DNA of 63,616 nucleotides, the filler included, from Nemertoderma westbladi (Eukaryota > Animalia > Xenacoelomorpha): NCBI GenBank assembly GCA_032718475.1. It is 4 parts of 4 records of this genome, joined end to end, with 100 filler letters (N's around TTAATTAATTAA, not from the genome) between each part and the next. Parts side by side here need not be neighbours in the genome. Positions count along the whole stretch, not along the records: positions 1 to 21,291 come from JAUCBJ010005278.1; 3 more parts are not named here. One strand, 5' to 3'. A program made the translations under genes and the position numbers. The first letter of the stretch is position 1. Each line of letters starts with the position of its first letter. The notes under the pieces are model-generated. The model did no database searches. It saw only the letters and a program-made list of their open reading frames with translations, and was not told the DNA's origin. Shown here one piece after another: positions 1-12,415 of the stretch.

Positions 1-1295
1 CATTGTTTTAAAATATATTCTGGAACCAATACTAAATAGGATATCGGGGGGGGGCAATTGTTCCGTGGTATTTTGGACAGAGAGGTCATCAGTAAAAATA
101 ATTGTTAATAAAAAAAAAGTAAATGTTATGATTTCTTCGGCCGTTTGACCAGGTATTACGCACAAAGTCTGGCGTCTTATTTACAGTGCGGTTCCCCCAG
201 AAATAATGTACTGTATACACCACAGAGTAAACTGCAGAAACTCATTTAGCAACCATTTAACCCTATCTGGCCGGGGCTATTATCACTACGTAATGCGGGA
301 TCGTTTTAGAGGTTATATACATCTTGGATCAAAAATTAAAATTTTTATGGCATAAGAGTTTTCGAAGTCGCTGGCTGATGACGATAAAACTTGTTAAAAA
401 TATTTTGTGGTAATTTTGGTGCTACTTTGGACACCCAGAACGAAAAGTACCATTACAAACGTCAAATAATGTCAAATTAAAACATTTTCAGGTTTGGTTC
501 AGGATAATTCTGAAGGTATAAGGGTTTTAGAGGTCGCTGATTACGATGAATCCAAATAAACCTATTATTGGTGCCATTTTGGTGCCCCAGAACGAAAAGT
601 CCAAATAGCAAAAATAGCAAAATGTTAAATCTTCCCTTTGACGTGTTAATTCTGAGCTGTAGGCCTACCGGTACTGATTCAAAGTCGGTGATCACAATAC
701 AACTTGTTAAAAGTCATTCGTGGTAACGCAACTATCGTTTTTTTTGGTGCTTGTTTAAAAAATTCAAACGGCAAAATCGAATTTGGTAGGATAATACGAT
801 ATCAATGAGTGTCTTATTCGTGATCAGCATCCCAGAAAACCCCTAATGTCATAAAATCAGGGTGGGAGTCATATTGACCACCTTTCTAAACACTTCAAAT
901 TTTAACGAAAACGTCTTACTGTATTTGTTGTTTTCATGTAGATTTCACTAGTCTCAATCAGAACAAAAAAAATTTTTCGAAAAATATGTACTTGGGTGGT
1001 AATTTGCAGCACCAAATTTCATGTGAGTGAACAATTATTGTGACGGGATCTCGGTTGGTGAGAGATCCCGACCGGTTGACTTGGTGGTGGTTGTTCCTAC
1101 GCGCACGCTGGCTGACTGGTGGATGGACTGACTTAGCCGTAGGCCGGTGAATAAAGAGTTTGCCTGTTGAACTTCACTGTTGCATGACCTAACTATAGAT
1201 ACGACCCGCCAAGCTGCTGCAAAGCCTCTATATTTAGTAGGCCAGTTAGACTTTGATTACTTTGACTTTTACTTTGATAGAGCCCCTGAAAAAAT

Positions 1296-1528
1296 CAGAT
1301 ATGGGGGGGGGGGGGGGAACTGGACCGCAATAAAAATGCATCCCTCTCCAGGGGAAATTGGACGCAAATAACAGACTGATTACTCTCATAAATAAATCTG
1401 TAACCTGTTCTATTGTGTTTAGTTTATTGTTTTGGTTAAAATATACGTGCCACTCTAACCTGCTCCTTTCCCTAAACTGAGAATTTAACATTGGGGCGGG
1501 ATATTATTTCGCCAAGGCGGGTTTTGCG

Positions 1529-1562
<34 letters not shown>

Positions 1563-1574
1563 ACCCCCTGCCTC
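1296..1574 (+). mobile_element. ~250-280 bp MITE with G-run/C-run TIRs and 8-bp TSD (hAT- or MULE-like), copy 1
   Basis: Ends are CAGATATGGGG...CCCCTGCCTC, flanked by GAAAAAAT/GAAACAAT. The internal core GTGCCACT(C/G)TAACCTGCTCCTT is shared with other copies in the window. Confidence 0.75.
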
Positions 1575-1694
1575 GAAACAATATGTCAGGCGCGTCGAAA
1601 GTACTACTTGTCCGGAACTAAAATGATGTCCTCTTTCATATGAAACAAATAAAAATCAAGATACCAAGATACGTACGGTAGAGTTCTTGGCACA

Positions 1695-2269
1695 TGTTAG
1701 CGGATTCAATTCCGCTAACCACCCCATAAAGTTGGAAAACGGTGCCTTTAAGCAATGTTGGACAACACGAGGTTGATTACCAATCATCCTCGTATCACCC
1801 CCAATAAACGGGGACGACAAACCCCAAATGGCCGTACACAATGGGGGTCAGAGGTTACACCTCCGGGAGAGGGAAAGTAACAGTAGCAAAGGGGGAAACA
1901 CTCCCAGAGAGATGCGAGGCGAGAATTAGGTTACTAGCCAATGGGGGGACAGGAAGGCATCAGCTAAGTAACAGGTCAACATAGTGTATATTACTGGTTG
2001 GTGTTTCATTTATTCAGTTAGTTTACTCAGTTGTTAGTCAGCTAGTTAGGGCAGTACGGTAACACTTTACTACCGTCACCACCGCCATCAACCATATCAT
2101 ATTATTCTGTTATCTCAACTGTGCTGTCTGTTATCTCAACGTTTACTATATTTCATATACCTACCCATCATATATTACCGAACAGCAACAAACTCTTTTC
2201 CTATTTTCACTCACGGCGGGGACGCGTACATAAACCACATACCGGTCGGGATCCTCTGATTCCGTCACA
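1695..2269 (+). mobile_element. Solo LTR (575 bp), BEL/Pao family
   Basis: TGTTAGCGGATTCAATTCCGC...GATTCCGTCACA with TG..CA ends and a perfect 5-bp TSD GCACA (1690-1694, 2270-2274). Confidence 0.9.
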
Positions 2270-2287
2270 GCACACATATGATCCCGA

Positions 2288-3658
2288 TTGATCTTATTGA
2301 TCATATTGATCTCGATTGCTGCAAAGCTATACAATATAATTCTATTAAATCGCATCAGGGATCCCATTGAGAGACTGCTCCGTGGAAATCAGAATGGGTT
2401 CCCTAAAGGTCGTAGGACCATGGAGCCCATTTTGGCACTTAGAAGGTTAATTGAAGAGTTATCAAAAAAGAAAGAAGGGCATCTGTCTGTTATCTTTGTT
2501 GACTTCTTCAAGGCCTTTGATTCAGTCTCTCGCTCACGTATGTTCAGCATACTTTCATTATATGGGATTCCTGATGAAATTATTGCAGCAATCAGATCAG
2601 TATACGATGGTTCGACAACATTTGTGTCTACTGTTGACGCTGACACAGAACCATTTTAAGTGTTATGGGGCGTCCTCCAGGGAGACACACTTGCTCAATT
2701 CTTGTTCATAATTGTGGTTGACTATGTTCTACGCATGTCTTTAGATCATCATAATGATGATGGGGTGATGATATCTCCACCTACTGGCTCCAGAAGTCGA
2801 GGAAATCTTGCCAAGTACCGAACTGATCTAGACTTTGCTGATGACTTAGGAGTACTCTCAGAATCACTAGAGGGAGCCCAACGGCTCCTCAGGTCATTAG
2901 AACAGGCTGCTTCTAGTGTTGGTCTTTTTATTAACTCCAGAAAGACCAAAATTTTGACAGTTAACTTTGAAAGTCCTCAGCAAGTCTCTGACCGGATGAG
3001 CATAAGCTCAAAGGATGGTATGCTTGAGCATGTGGACGACTTCTGTTACCTGGGATCATGGATCCGGAAGTCAGGTGAGGACCTTCGAATACGTAAGGGA
3101 AAGGCATGTCAGCCTTGTATAGGCTTTCCAGGATTTGGAAGTCACCGAGAATTAATCGGAAACTTGAGATCCAATTATTTAGAGCAGCAGTAGTTCCAGC
3201 ACTCCTCTACGGGAGTCCATGCTGGGCTCTAACTTCTGAGGACACCAAATCTCTGGATGGCACATTCACAAGATTGCTACGCCGGGATTCATTGTGTCAA
3301 ATATAATACACACATCTCCAACCAGACACTATATAACATTGGAGGTGTCTCATTGGTTCCCCCTAGCATGACAATAGAACAAAATCGCCTCCGCTTTGCA
3401 GGACATTGCTTTCGCCGTGAGGACCAGCCAGTGCATAATCTTGTACTTTGGCAGCCTCATGGAGTGAATAAGCATGGTGGGCAGCCCATGACTTTCTTGA
3501 GACGCATCTTAAAGGCCACTGGCCTTGAAGATGCGGATGATCTAACAAATGTCATGGGTGATAGGGAGTTGTGGCAGCGCAATTTTGTCGATTGCACACA
3601 ATGCCGGCACAGCATTCTTAAAAATGCAGCTGCAATGCAGCATGCCGATCCTAGTTGA
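2288..3658 (+). pseudogene. 5'-truncated RTE-clade LINE, reverse transcriptase and C-terminus, with stop and frameshifts
   Basis: ORF pieces carry QNGF..GR, FVDFFKAFDSV, GVLQGDTLA, DFADDL, FCYLGSWI, LLYGS..W and RLRFAGHC..LWQP motifs typical of RTE ORF2. Confidence 0.9.
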
Positions 3659-5075
3659 ATATGAAGTTCTTAATTAATACCGCATCAAACACATAGAGTA
3701 GAGTAGGCCTAAAATAAAATATCAATTCCTCAATTCATTAAACGACGCTATATTCCAGGACTTGGTTTTGTTAAGTAGTAACTACTGTATACTCCATTAT
3801 ATATCAATAATTGCAGTTAATAATAATTCCCTAAATAATATCAGTATCGAAGTCGTAATATTAATAATCTATCGCATTGTCTTGAGATCCTCCGGCCGAA
3901 AGGGCCGATATGTCGTCGGGGAATTCAGATAGGAGTCCCGCTGGTTTAGGCAGGAGAATTACACTAGCGTCATGGACCCCAAGTCCAGCAGTGGCGTCAT
4001 CTCTACATCAGTATTTGATATTAAATTACTTTTAAGGGCGAAAATGGGGCGAAATTATCGGATTTCATTAATTAAAAAATGTAAATTGTGCCTTCTAATA
4101 AAACCGACCTCACTGGAAAACGAGATTTTAAAGATTGTTTTATAATTTCGATATTTTCGTTGATAATTTCCCCTTTGTCGATATTTTCGGGTTTTATAAC
4201 TATCCGAAAATACAGCCTAATAGGCTGAGACGTTGTTGGCCTCCAACCGATGCACTCATTGCCATGTGCTGGCCTCGCATTTGCTACTTACCAGCCCATG
4301 GATCTATCTCCCTTAGGCCTTTGGTTAGCCTCTAGTCACTGGGGTGGATTGTTCGTCCACAGCCCAGCTGACCCTCATCATCCCTGTGCCGGTATGCCCT
4401 GTTGGATATCTTGATAGCCAACGTGGTAAATCCCCCCCCCCCCCCCCCCCCCATTTTGTGGTTGGATGCATATCGGAATGGATCTGCTAACAATTTTCAA
4501 AATATTTGAAAGTTAAAATTTTCAGCTAATCATTTTTCAATAGAGGTTTCCCTGGGAGCTGAATCCATTGGAAATTTTTTTCAATGATCTGATTAGTGTA
4601 CTATATACAGTAAATGGCAGTTTCAGTGTTCTCCGGGTTCAAAAAATGAAAAAATAAATTTTCAGTTTGAGCACAAATCTTTTATATTAATTGACTTATA
4701 CGATGCCATAAGTTCACTTTTTTAGGTGTTTTGTGGCGCTGATTCTACCGAAAATACATTTCTAATTTTACAGCTCTTTGCTACGTGTATTTTTCAGCGT
4801 ATTTATTGCAAATTTTGGTGCTAGCACCATATTTCGTACGGATGTTACTAAAATGGGCACACAGTCAAACACAGTCAAACACAAGCGGGAGAAGGCACAC
4901 AGACCCACACACACCCCAAAAGATTTATTTAAGCCTCAAGCACTGAAAATTGTTGTGACAGCATCAAATTTTTGAAAATAATTGATCAGTAGATAGTATC
5001 ATCTTGTTTCTTGAGTTATACGGGTTTATGATGGTCCGTCCTGAATCCGATGGAATCAATAAAAACAGCACTGGA

Positions 5076-5572
5076 TGTAAGCGGATCCAATTTGCTGCAC
5101 CACCCAGCGGAAAATAAGGAAAGTGGCTTTTTACCAATTATAGTTGGCGAGGTGACAATACTATTATAATGTCACCTAACAACCAACGAAGGCAATATAC
5201 ACTGCCAGCAACACGGAGAGATGAGAGGCTACAAGCCATCTCAGGGGGATGAAGGAAGCTAGCACGTGGGTATCAGAGAAAAGGGAGTGCCAAGGGAGGG
5301 AAAAATAGATTAGCCAATGGTTGGGCAGAAAGCCATCTGATTGGGATGCATCCATTGGCCAGGCCAAGTACCAAGTAGCAATATTCCATATGTGTTACTA
5401 ATATAACCGTTGCCTTTATTACCTGTTGTTCAGTTGGTTTATGTAGAGTTGTGGAAGAAAGACGGTTTAGACCATCATCATCGTCATTAACCATGCTATT
5501 ATTGTATTCTGACTGACATTACGAACAACTGCCACTAAAAACTCAGTTATTCTATCAGCCTCCGGCCTTTCA
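5076..5572 (+). repeat. 5' LTR of BEL copy 1 (last ~100 bp and PBS missing)
   Basis: Aligns to 10697-11167. Similarity stops at CCTTTCA. Confidence 0.85.
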
Positions 5573-8500
5573 TGGGACGGGAGCGGCAAAAGAAGTACCG
5601 GAGTCGCCAGCCAACCAGTGGCTACAGGCGGCGAGCGGCCACCGGAACGGCAACGGTGGGGCCGACGGTACCATGCCGGACGAGGAGAGGAGATCAAGAG
5701 GTCGAGGAGGAGGATGTCGGCACGAGTGATTGCCTGCGACGGGCGTATAACGCCATGAGGAAGACTCTAAAAGATGCCAAGACAGGAGGCAAGGTAGATG
5801 AACCCAAACTGGCTAGAAGACTCAGTGAGTACAACCAATATTTTCACTACCGAGTCCGATTTGGGCAGGGGGAACTGGCGCGTGAAAGGGCGAGGAGAGT
5901 CGCCATGGAGAGTCATCAATGGTACTGTTTGAATTGTGGCGATCCGAGATTATACCATATCGTGTAGTGTACGCTGGGCCTTATCTGGTGGATGCGTGGG
6001 GGGTTAAGTTAGTGGAATGGGCGGGTTCGAACGACGCCGAACTCGAGGTTATCCCGGAAGATTCGGCGTCGTCCGTTAATGAAACCACTAGCAGGCATGG
6101 TAAAATTAGTAGAACCAGCAGGCGACAGGGGTCCGTTGCAACCTAAAAGTCTGCTACACCCTCCACGAAAGCAAGAAGTGTGTTAGAGATAGATCTGGCA
6201 TGTCAGCTAGACATAGCCGCGTTATATCAAAATGAAGTAGAGAGACAACTGGATGAGGGGACCATGTTGTTAGACCGGGAGAGGGAGTTAGTGAGAGAGT
6301 ATAAAGGGAGGGCCGAGAAGGTGGCCAGAGAGTGTAGAGAACAGGAGGAAAGGGAGGTGAATGAGCGCAAAGAGCGGGATGCGAGTGTTGAGAGAGAGGT
6401 GAACGAGTGCAAAGAGCGAGAGGCGAGGGAGGCAGAGTTAGCCAATCAGAGTGTTAGAGAGGAAAGGGAGAGGGAGATGGTTGGTAAGAGAATGCGGGAT
6501 AATATGCATACCTGATTGAGGGGGTTAATGCAGTATCAGGCCAAGCAGAAACGCCGGATAGAACTGGTGAAACTGGGTTTATCAGAGAGTGAGGCTGGTT
6601 CGGGAAGTATTTATGAGGAACCAGATGTGATGGAGACCTTTGAGAATACCTCAGTTACAGGTACCAGACAACAAACACAAAACTGGTGTGACCAGACGGA
6701 TGGGGGGGGGATAATAACAATACGTTTAGGGGGAACGTTAATATAAATAATACCGTAGTTGATAATTTAAATACTGATGAAAATACCTTTCTTACAGGAA
6801 ATAATGTTGATACTGGTACAGCAAATAATTTAAATAATTTAAATAATAATGTTAATAGTGGTGCAATAAATAATCAGAATAATTTAAATAATAACGGCGA
6901 ACAGAGTAATTTAAATAATTATATTATAATAAATAAAGATGGTGAAATTAAATTAAACGTTTAAAAATTTAATAAAATTAAAGACGGTAAATTGGAGGCC
7001 TACAAAGCCACGTGGAGACGCAGGCGAATGGACCCAGGGGAGATAGGAGCAATGTGTCGACTGGAGGGGGGTGTGAAGGAAGGGGTGAATGGGCCGTGAC
7101 GAGAAGTGACGGGTGGGGGGGAGCTACAAGCACCCCACCGCAACCAGTTAGTGAAAAGAGGGGGGGGGGGCAATAAATGCCCCACAGATGTCGGCAGGAA
7201 ATATGCGCGGTGATTCAAGTGAACCATGGCACCCGATGATGGGGGGGGCAACAGACGCCCCGCGAGCGTTGGTGGGAAATGCGCATGGTGAGTCAAGTGA
7301 ACCGTGACACCCGACAACGGAGGAGAGTAGAAGGGCTGCGAATATCTACGAGGCCCTACAACCTACAAAAGGGAAAAGTGTTCATGCCGCAAGTGGCCAA
7401 ATGAGGGAGTGTCGAACCCATTCGGAAGATGGAAGGAGAACAGTATATTTCAACCGGGAGGTCGATACGAGATCTTTATGAATGTAGGTATAACGCCGGG
7501 AGTGGAGGACACGAGGACGATAGAGATAAGTGAGGAAATGTTGCTACGGGCAACTGGAGATATCGAGATAGGATGGACAGTGAAGCGTCGATAGTCGAAG
7601 TAGAGAGAGAGGGCTGGTGGGGTTGTACTTTGGGAGATTGCCGTCGCCCTGGAGGAATACAGCCCGGTGATGTATATTACACACCGAGAGAGGGGTATAG
7701 AGTGTACCGAGATGAGGAGGATGAGATAAGAAGGGATCGAAGGGAAACTTCCCATCGGAACGTAGCTGCCGATCGACGATATGGTAGTCGCGGGAAGGAG
7801 TTCTCGGAATATTCGAGAAGATTTAACTTCGGTCAAGGGGGAGCACATTCAGACTGCAGGACATAATGTAGGTCTTACTGAACATACTATAGGCCATGCT
7901 GGGAGAAATAGTGTAGGTGATAGGGTAGCGCTTTTACTGCCGGGTTTAAACCCGGAGGTCGCGGCTTACATACCGGTGAGTAGGCAGGAACCTGCTAAGC
8001 CTATACTGGTACCGGAACACCAGTATGACAATAATATGCAGGGATAAAACATATACCCAGGGGAGGGGGAGGGGGGGGGGTATTGCAGATAAGTGTATGG
8101 GCCTCAATATAATGAAATCTACCCCAGCGCAAAATATAACACCGATGGGGGGGGGGGGGGGGCAGGGTTACACTCCTCCATCACATATATCTCATATGCA
8201 ACAAAATAAAATAAAGGTCGCATCCCCCTCAGATGGAAACAAGTCGTGCGACACCGAGATATGAAGGAGACCATTGCCCCCAATGATATATCCCACACAG
8301 GGAAAATCGACGAACCCGAAGCACAGTCAACACCAAAGAGCCTGCATCCGTGCCATAAAGCGCGCTGGAAAATCAAGCGATAGAAATGGCAACACTCATC
8401 GACGTGCTAAAAACTAGAATAGAGCTGCCACCTGTGGAGCCTTTTAAGTTTGATGGTAGCAAGCTGGAAGAATATCTACAGTTCCGGAGGATCTACAGCA

Positions 8501-9725
8501 ACGAGATTCTTACGAAAAATATCATACAGGCGGAGTGCCTTAAATATCTACAAGTCTATACAGGGGAGGCCAGCCTACGACATTGTGAGGCAATATCAGG
8601 GAATTGAAGGAGGATTTACAACAGCATGGAGAGCCCTGGATAGGGAATTTGGCCATCCTGCGAAGATTATCTGACAAACCTTAAGGGGAATAACATCAGG
8701 TGGACTCACAGACAATCCTGTTAGTATCAAAACCTTCACTAATAAAGTAGAAAAGGCGCTGATAGTCTTAAAGTTATTAAAGTGACTAGATGCACCATAT
8801 GAACTCAAAGCATCGAATAACATCATGTCCATAGCGCAGGCACAAATTAAGGAACAAATGGAGAAAGATCGCTTTCTCCACCAGAGAGAAGAAGGGTGCG
8901 GAGCCGGGGTTGGAAGAGATGTCGAACTTCCTTAACTACGAAGCCGAGTTGATAACAGATCCAGTGTACAGCGAGGAGAGTCTCAGTAAGGTACCGAAAG
9001 CGGAATACAGCCGACCTAAACCGGAACACAGTGCTGCAGATGCATTTCCGAGAGTGAGGCAATCATTGCCATATGCTATGCAACTGTTGAGGGGACTTCT
9101 AGTCCACAGAACAACTGTGGTGGCTATGGAGGAAACAACACCCCTGATGCGGGTATGTGTAACCAAAACAACAAACCACCCAAATCGGACTTGGACGAAA
9201 TACGTAAGACGCTATACAGAGAGCGTTATAATCCAAACTACAGGTGTCAGCTACATAGAAAGCATGTGCATATATGGGATGGGACGCATAAGACCATCGA
9301 TTGCGACCAGTGGCAGGCACTGCTGAAAGAAAATTGATTAGCCTATAAGGGTTATTCCACAGATGCGTGGTGGGAGGACATAAGAAGGATAGGTGTCGAG
9401 AGAACCCACCAAAGTACACTGAGACCAATGGGACTGGAGGCCAAACTATGGCCATGAGTACTGGGAGATCTATGAAGCAAAGGACAGTGTTAATGGGAGT
9501 GGTGCCAGTAAAGATAATGGGAGAGGATGGGCGATCGGTAACTACACTTATGTTGATCGACAGTGGGGCAGCATTCACGTTGACAGAAAGCTGGGTAGCG
9601 GATAGCCTACAGTAAAAGATGAGGTCGAGCATGATGGCGGTCACCACCATATCCGCCAAGGATGAAATTCTACCAATGAGAACAGGAAGGTGTCGGATAG
9701 GGGCTGTAACTCCCGATTCCAACTA
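5572..9725 (+). pseudogene. Disrupted BEL gag-protease
   Basis: Coiled-coil ORF at 6180-6515, LPPVEPFKFDG..EEY.QF (DUF1759-like gag) at 8386, zinc-knuckle remnant HRCVVGGHKKDRC, and aspartic protease TLMLIDSGAAFTL at ~9545-9585. Many stops and frameshifts. Confidence 0.85.
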
Positions 9726-9734
9726 TGGTACACA

Positions 9735-9920
9735 ATACTTACGCTGGGTCAATGGGACCAATACTTACGCCGGGTCAATGGGACCATACATACGCACTAA
9801 TGCCGGGTCAATGGTACCATACATATGCAATAACGCCGGGTCAATGGGACCATACATATGTAGTAATGCCGGGTCAATGGGACCATATAGAGCCTAAATG
9901 GAGTTATGATTAAGGGTTAA
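9735..9920 (+). repeat. 33-bp tandem repeat (5 cores GCYGGGTCAATGGKACCA) ending in AAGGG|TTAA
   Basis: Cores start at 9743, 9769, 9802, 9835 and 9868. The array lies exactly at the point where pol is lost. Confidence 0.85.
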
Positions 9921-9980
9921 CGGACGTATTAGGGAAACACATGGTAGGAAGAGTAGAGGGGTAGGCCAACCCAGACTGTG

Positions 9981-10126
9981 TGGTCATTGAACAACAGGTC
10001 AGAGTTTAGGATTTATTGTGAGAGCTTATCCTGCGGGATAAGAATCGTCCAGACGGGCACTACCAGGGGTATGAGTAGGAGGGACACTTGATGGGACCAC
10101 CAGAGAAACGTTATCGAGATATGGTA
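9981..10126 (+). pseudogene. Degenerate 3' remnant of the exonuclease/zinc-knuckle cargo ORF
   Basis: Manual translation WSLNNRSEFR...TTRG / EGHLMGPPEKRYRDMV matches WTPENRGEFR...ATRGKQEGHSEGPPAKRYQELI in ORF 15466-16614. Confidence 0.7.
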
Positions 10127-10696
10127 AATGTACGATTTACTATAGTCAGATAGAACCTTTTCCAATTAGCTACTGGGACTGGGTACTACTTGGCTGGAAC
10201 GGGAGGACGAGGTAAAGGACCCAATTACCGCAGTGCGCACGCGTGTGAGGTTGTGTGGGATAACAGGCGTGTAGAGTGAGAATAAAAGGGGTTGAGTATG
10301 AGAGGAGCATGGGAAGGAGGTGCTGGAGTTTGGGGGAAAAGGCAGGAAGTGCATGATCCGAGAGTGGTGGGGGGGCGAGCAGGGAGGAGGATGAGTCCTA
10401 TGGGACTAGTGAGGTGAGGAGGAGGTGAGGAGGTTAGATGATGGTGTCCGGGGAGAAAAATTGAGTGAGAAGATATGGCGATTGTATAAACAGAGATGTC
10501 AGATAACTTGGTACAGCTTCGCTCGCAGAAGTACCAAGGAAGGGTAGTGAGAACAAACCCACGGGGACTAGTCTGGAACACTTATCCCAAGAAAAATATA
10601 CCACACCACATCTAATACTAGATTGGATTCCAGCGGAATTGGAGCGCACTTTAGGTTGATGCTATCTTCTCACCGGGAAGATAGCATGGGGGGGAG

Positions 10697-11270
10697 TGTA
10701 AGCAGATCCAATTCGCTGCACCACCCAGCGGAAAATGGGGAATGTGGCTATTTAACAATTATAGTTGGCTAGGTGACATTACTAATATAATGTCACCTAA
10801 CAGCCAACGAAGACAACTACATGGCCAGCCACAAGGAGAGATGAGAGGCTACAAGTCATCTCATGGGGACGAAGGAAGCTAGCACGTGGGTATCAGAGAA
10901 CTGGAAGTGCCAAGGGAGGGAAGAATAGATTAGCCAATGGTGGGGCAGAAAGCCATCTGATTGGGATACATCCATTGGCAAGGCCAAGTACCAAGTAGCA
11001 ATATTCCATATGTGTTACAAATATATCCATAGTTGGTTTGTGTAGAGTTGTGGAAACAAGACGGATTAGACCGTCGTCGTCGTCATTAACCGTGCTATTA
11101 TTGTATTCTGACATTACGAACAACTGCCACTAAAAACTCAGTTATTCTATCAGCCGCCGGCCTTTCAGAAACCACAAGCCTTTCAGCAGCCAACGGACGC
11201 GGCGACGCGTACTATCCAAACGCAAACACACTGGTCGGGATTCCCTCGCCAACTCGGGGATCCCGTCACA
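10697..11270 (+). repeat. 3' LTR of BEL copy 1 (574 bp)
   Basis: TGTAAGCAGATCC...GGGATCCCGTCACA, preceded by the PPT and followed by the TSD. Confidence 0.92.
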
Positions 11271-12415
11271 CTGGAAATCGCAAACTTGTACTTTTTGGTG
11301 ATGGGTACGAAATTTGGTGCTAGCCCCAAAATTTGCCTAATTATTCCGAAAAATACAAGTAGCAATGATTTGGCATATTAGAAATGTATTCCATTAGAAT
11401 CAGCACCCTAGAAAACCTGAAAATGTGAATTTATAGCATCGTATAATTGAATTTAAAATATATAGGAGGGGGGGGGTCAATATGACACCCCCCCCCCCCC
11501 CCAGGTATTTGTAAAATATTTTATAGCTCAGTTACTACAGTAATAGGGTTAATGAAATATCATATCGCGATCGTGTCATTCTGTGCGAGGGCGAATCAGG
11601 GGGGTTGTGAAGTCATAACTGAATAATATAGATAGTGGCTAAGCTACTGACACAAAAGTTCGGTTTTTATGTGAAAAGTAATGACAAATAAACCACAGAA
11701 AAGTAGTAGGGTGTTAGCACCCCCAAGGGTACTTACCTCTTCTTTTTGGAGACAACTTACTATCGCGATGATAAATATACCCAATTCAGCACCATTATAC
11801 ATACAGTACTATAGATGCACTTCTTTTGAAAGTCTCATCGAATGTGAATATGGGCTCATTCAAACTGCAATGATCGATTTAGTGGGTGCAGACACCTTCA
11901 AAAGTAGATTTCAGTAAAAAGTTGTTCAGGTATTACTTAAAATGTGAAGGATTCCATAACATCGACATTAACACCTCAATGTAAAATAGGCAGATCAACT
12001 AAACGAATTATACTAAATATTCCACTGGATCAGGAATAGGCTCATTGGAAACACAATGATCTAATTAGTTAGTGTGTATAGATCGAGATATTGTACAAAC
12101 GGGGATGTCACTTTCAACTTCAACTTCATAGCAGCAACACATTGATATATGAATATCCACTAAAAATTATACTTACAATGAATGCTACCATAAGGTCAGG
12201 AATAGACTCACTGAATCCGCAATGACCGATTTAGTTAGTCTAGATACCTTCAAATAAGGAGTGAGTGATAATTTCTAAGATATCGCATGAAAGGTTCAGT
12301 CCTAATTAACCCCCAACCATATGAGTTTCAAAGTGATATTATAATGATATAAACACATCTACTACAAACAATACTTAACTTTCATACTTATTACTTACTG
12401 ATAATCATTATTGAT

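Larger units (their letters stand above)
1039..4492 (-). mobile_element. Solo LTR of the BEL/Pao family, reverse orientation, interrupted by ~3 kb of younger insertions
   Basis: TGTGACGGGATC..GATCCCGACCGG at 1039 is the reverse complement of the family 3' LTR end. GGATCTGCTAACA ending at 4492 is the reverse complement of the family 5' end. Flanks are ATTAT/ATTTT (5-bp TSD, 1 mismatch), and the empty site is visible in the paralog near 14060-14080. Confidence 0.7.
257..4860 (-). mobile_element. piggyBac-like non-autonomous DNA element (pieces 257-1038 and 4493-4860), split by a solo LTR and nested insertions
   Basis: Begins TTAA|CCCTAT at 257. Segments ~1000-1038 and 4493-4830 are the reverse complement of ~13740-14100 once the 1039-4492 insert is removed. 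No transposase ORF; boundaries are approximate. Confidence 0.5.
5076..11270 (+). mobile_element. BEL/Pao LTR retrotransposon, internally deleted (gag-protease only), copy 1
   Basis: TG..CA ends, perfect TSD CTGGA (5071-5075, 11271-11275), two similar LTRs, PPT GGGGGGGAG at 10688-10696, and BEL-type gag and protease motifs. Confidence 0.92.
4940..11552 (+). mobile_element. piggyBac-like non-autonomous element segment hosting the BEL insertion (pieces 4940-5075 and 11271-11552)
   Basis: The two pieces join to match 13563-13880. The element ends in a GGGGTCAATATGACACCCC hairpin and ...ATAGGG|TTAA (11549-11552). Confidence 0.6.

Noticed and set aside
3885-3960. Possible ribozyme near the RTE (GGCCGAAAGGGCC hairpin)
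   Set aside because: I could not build an HDV or hammerhead core, and it lies 3' rather than 5' of the LINE.
9743-9885. CRISPR-like array (18-bp repeats with 15-bp spacers)
   Set aside because: The spacers are variants of one another, there are no cas genes, and the context is a eukaryotic TE. It is a tandem repeat.
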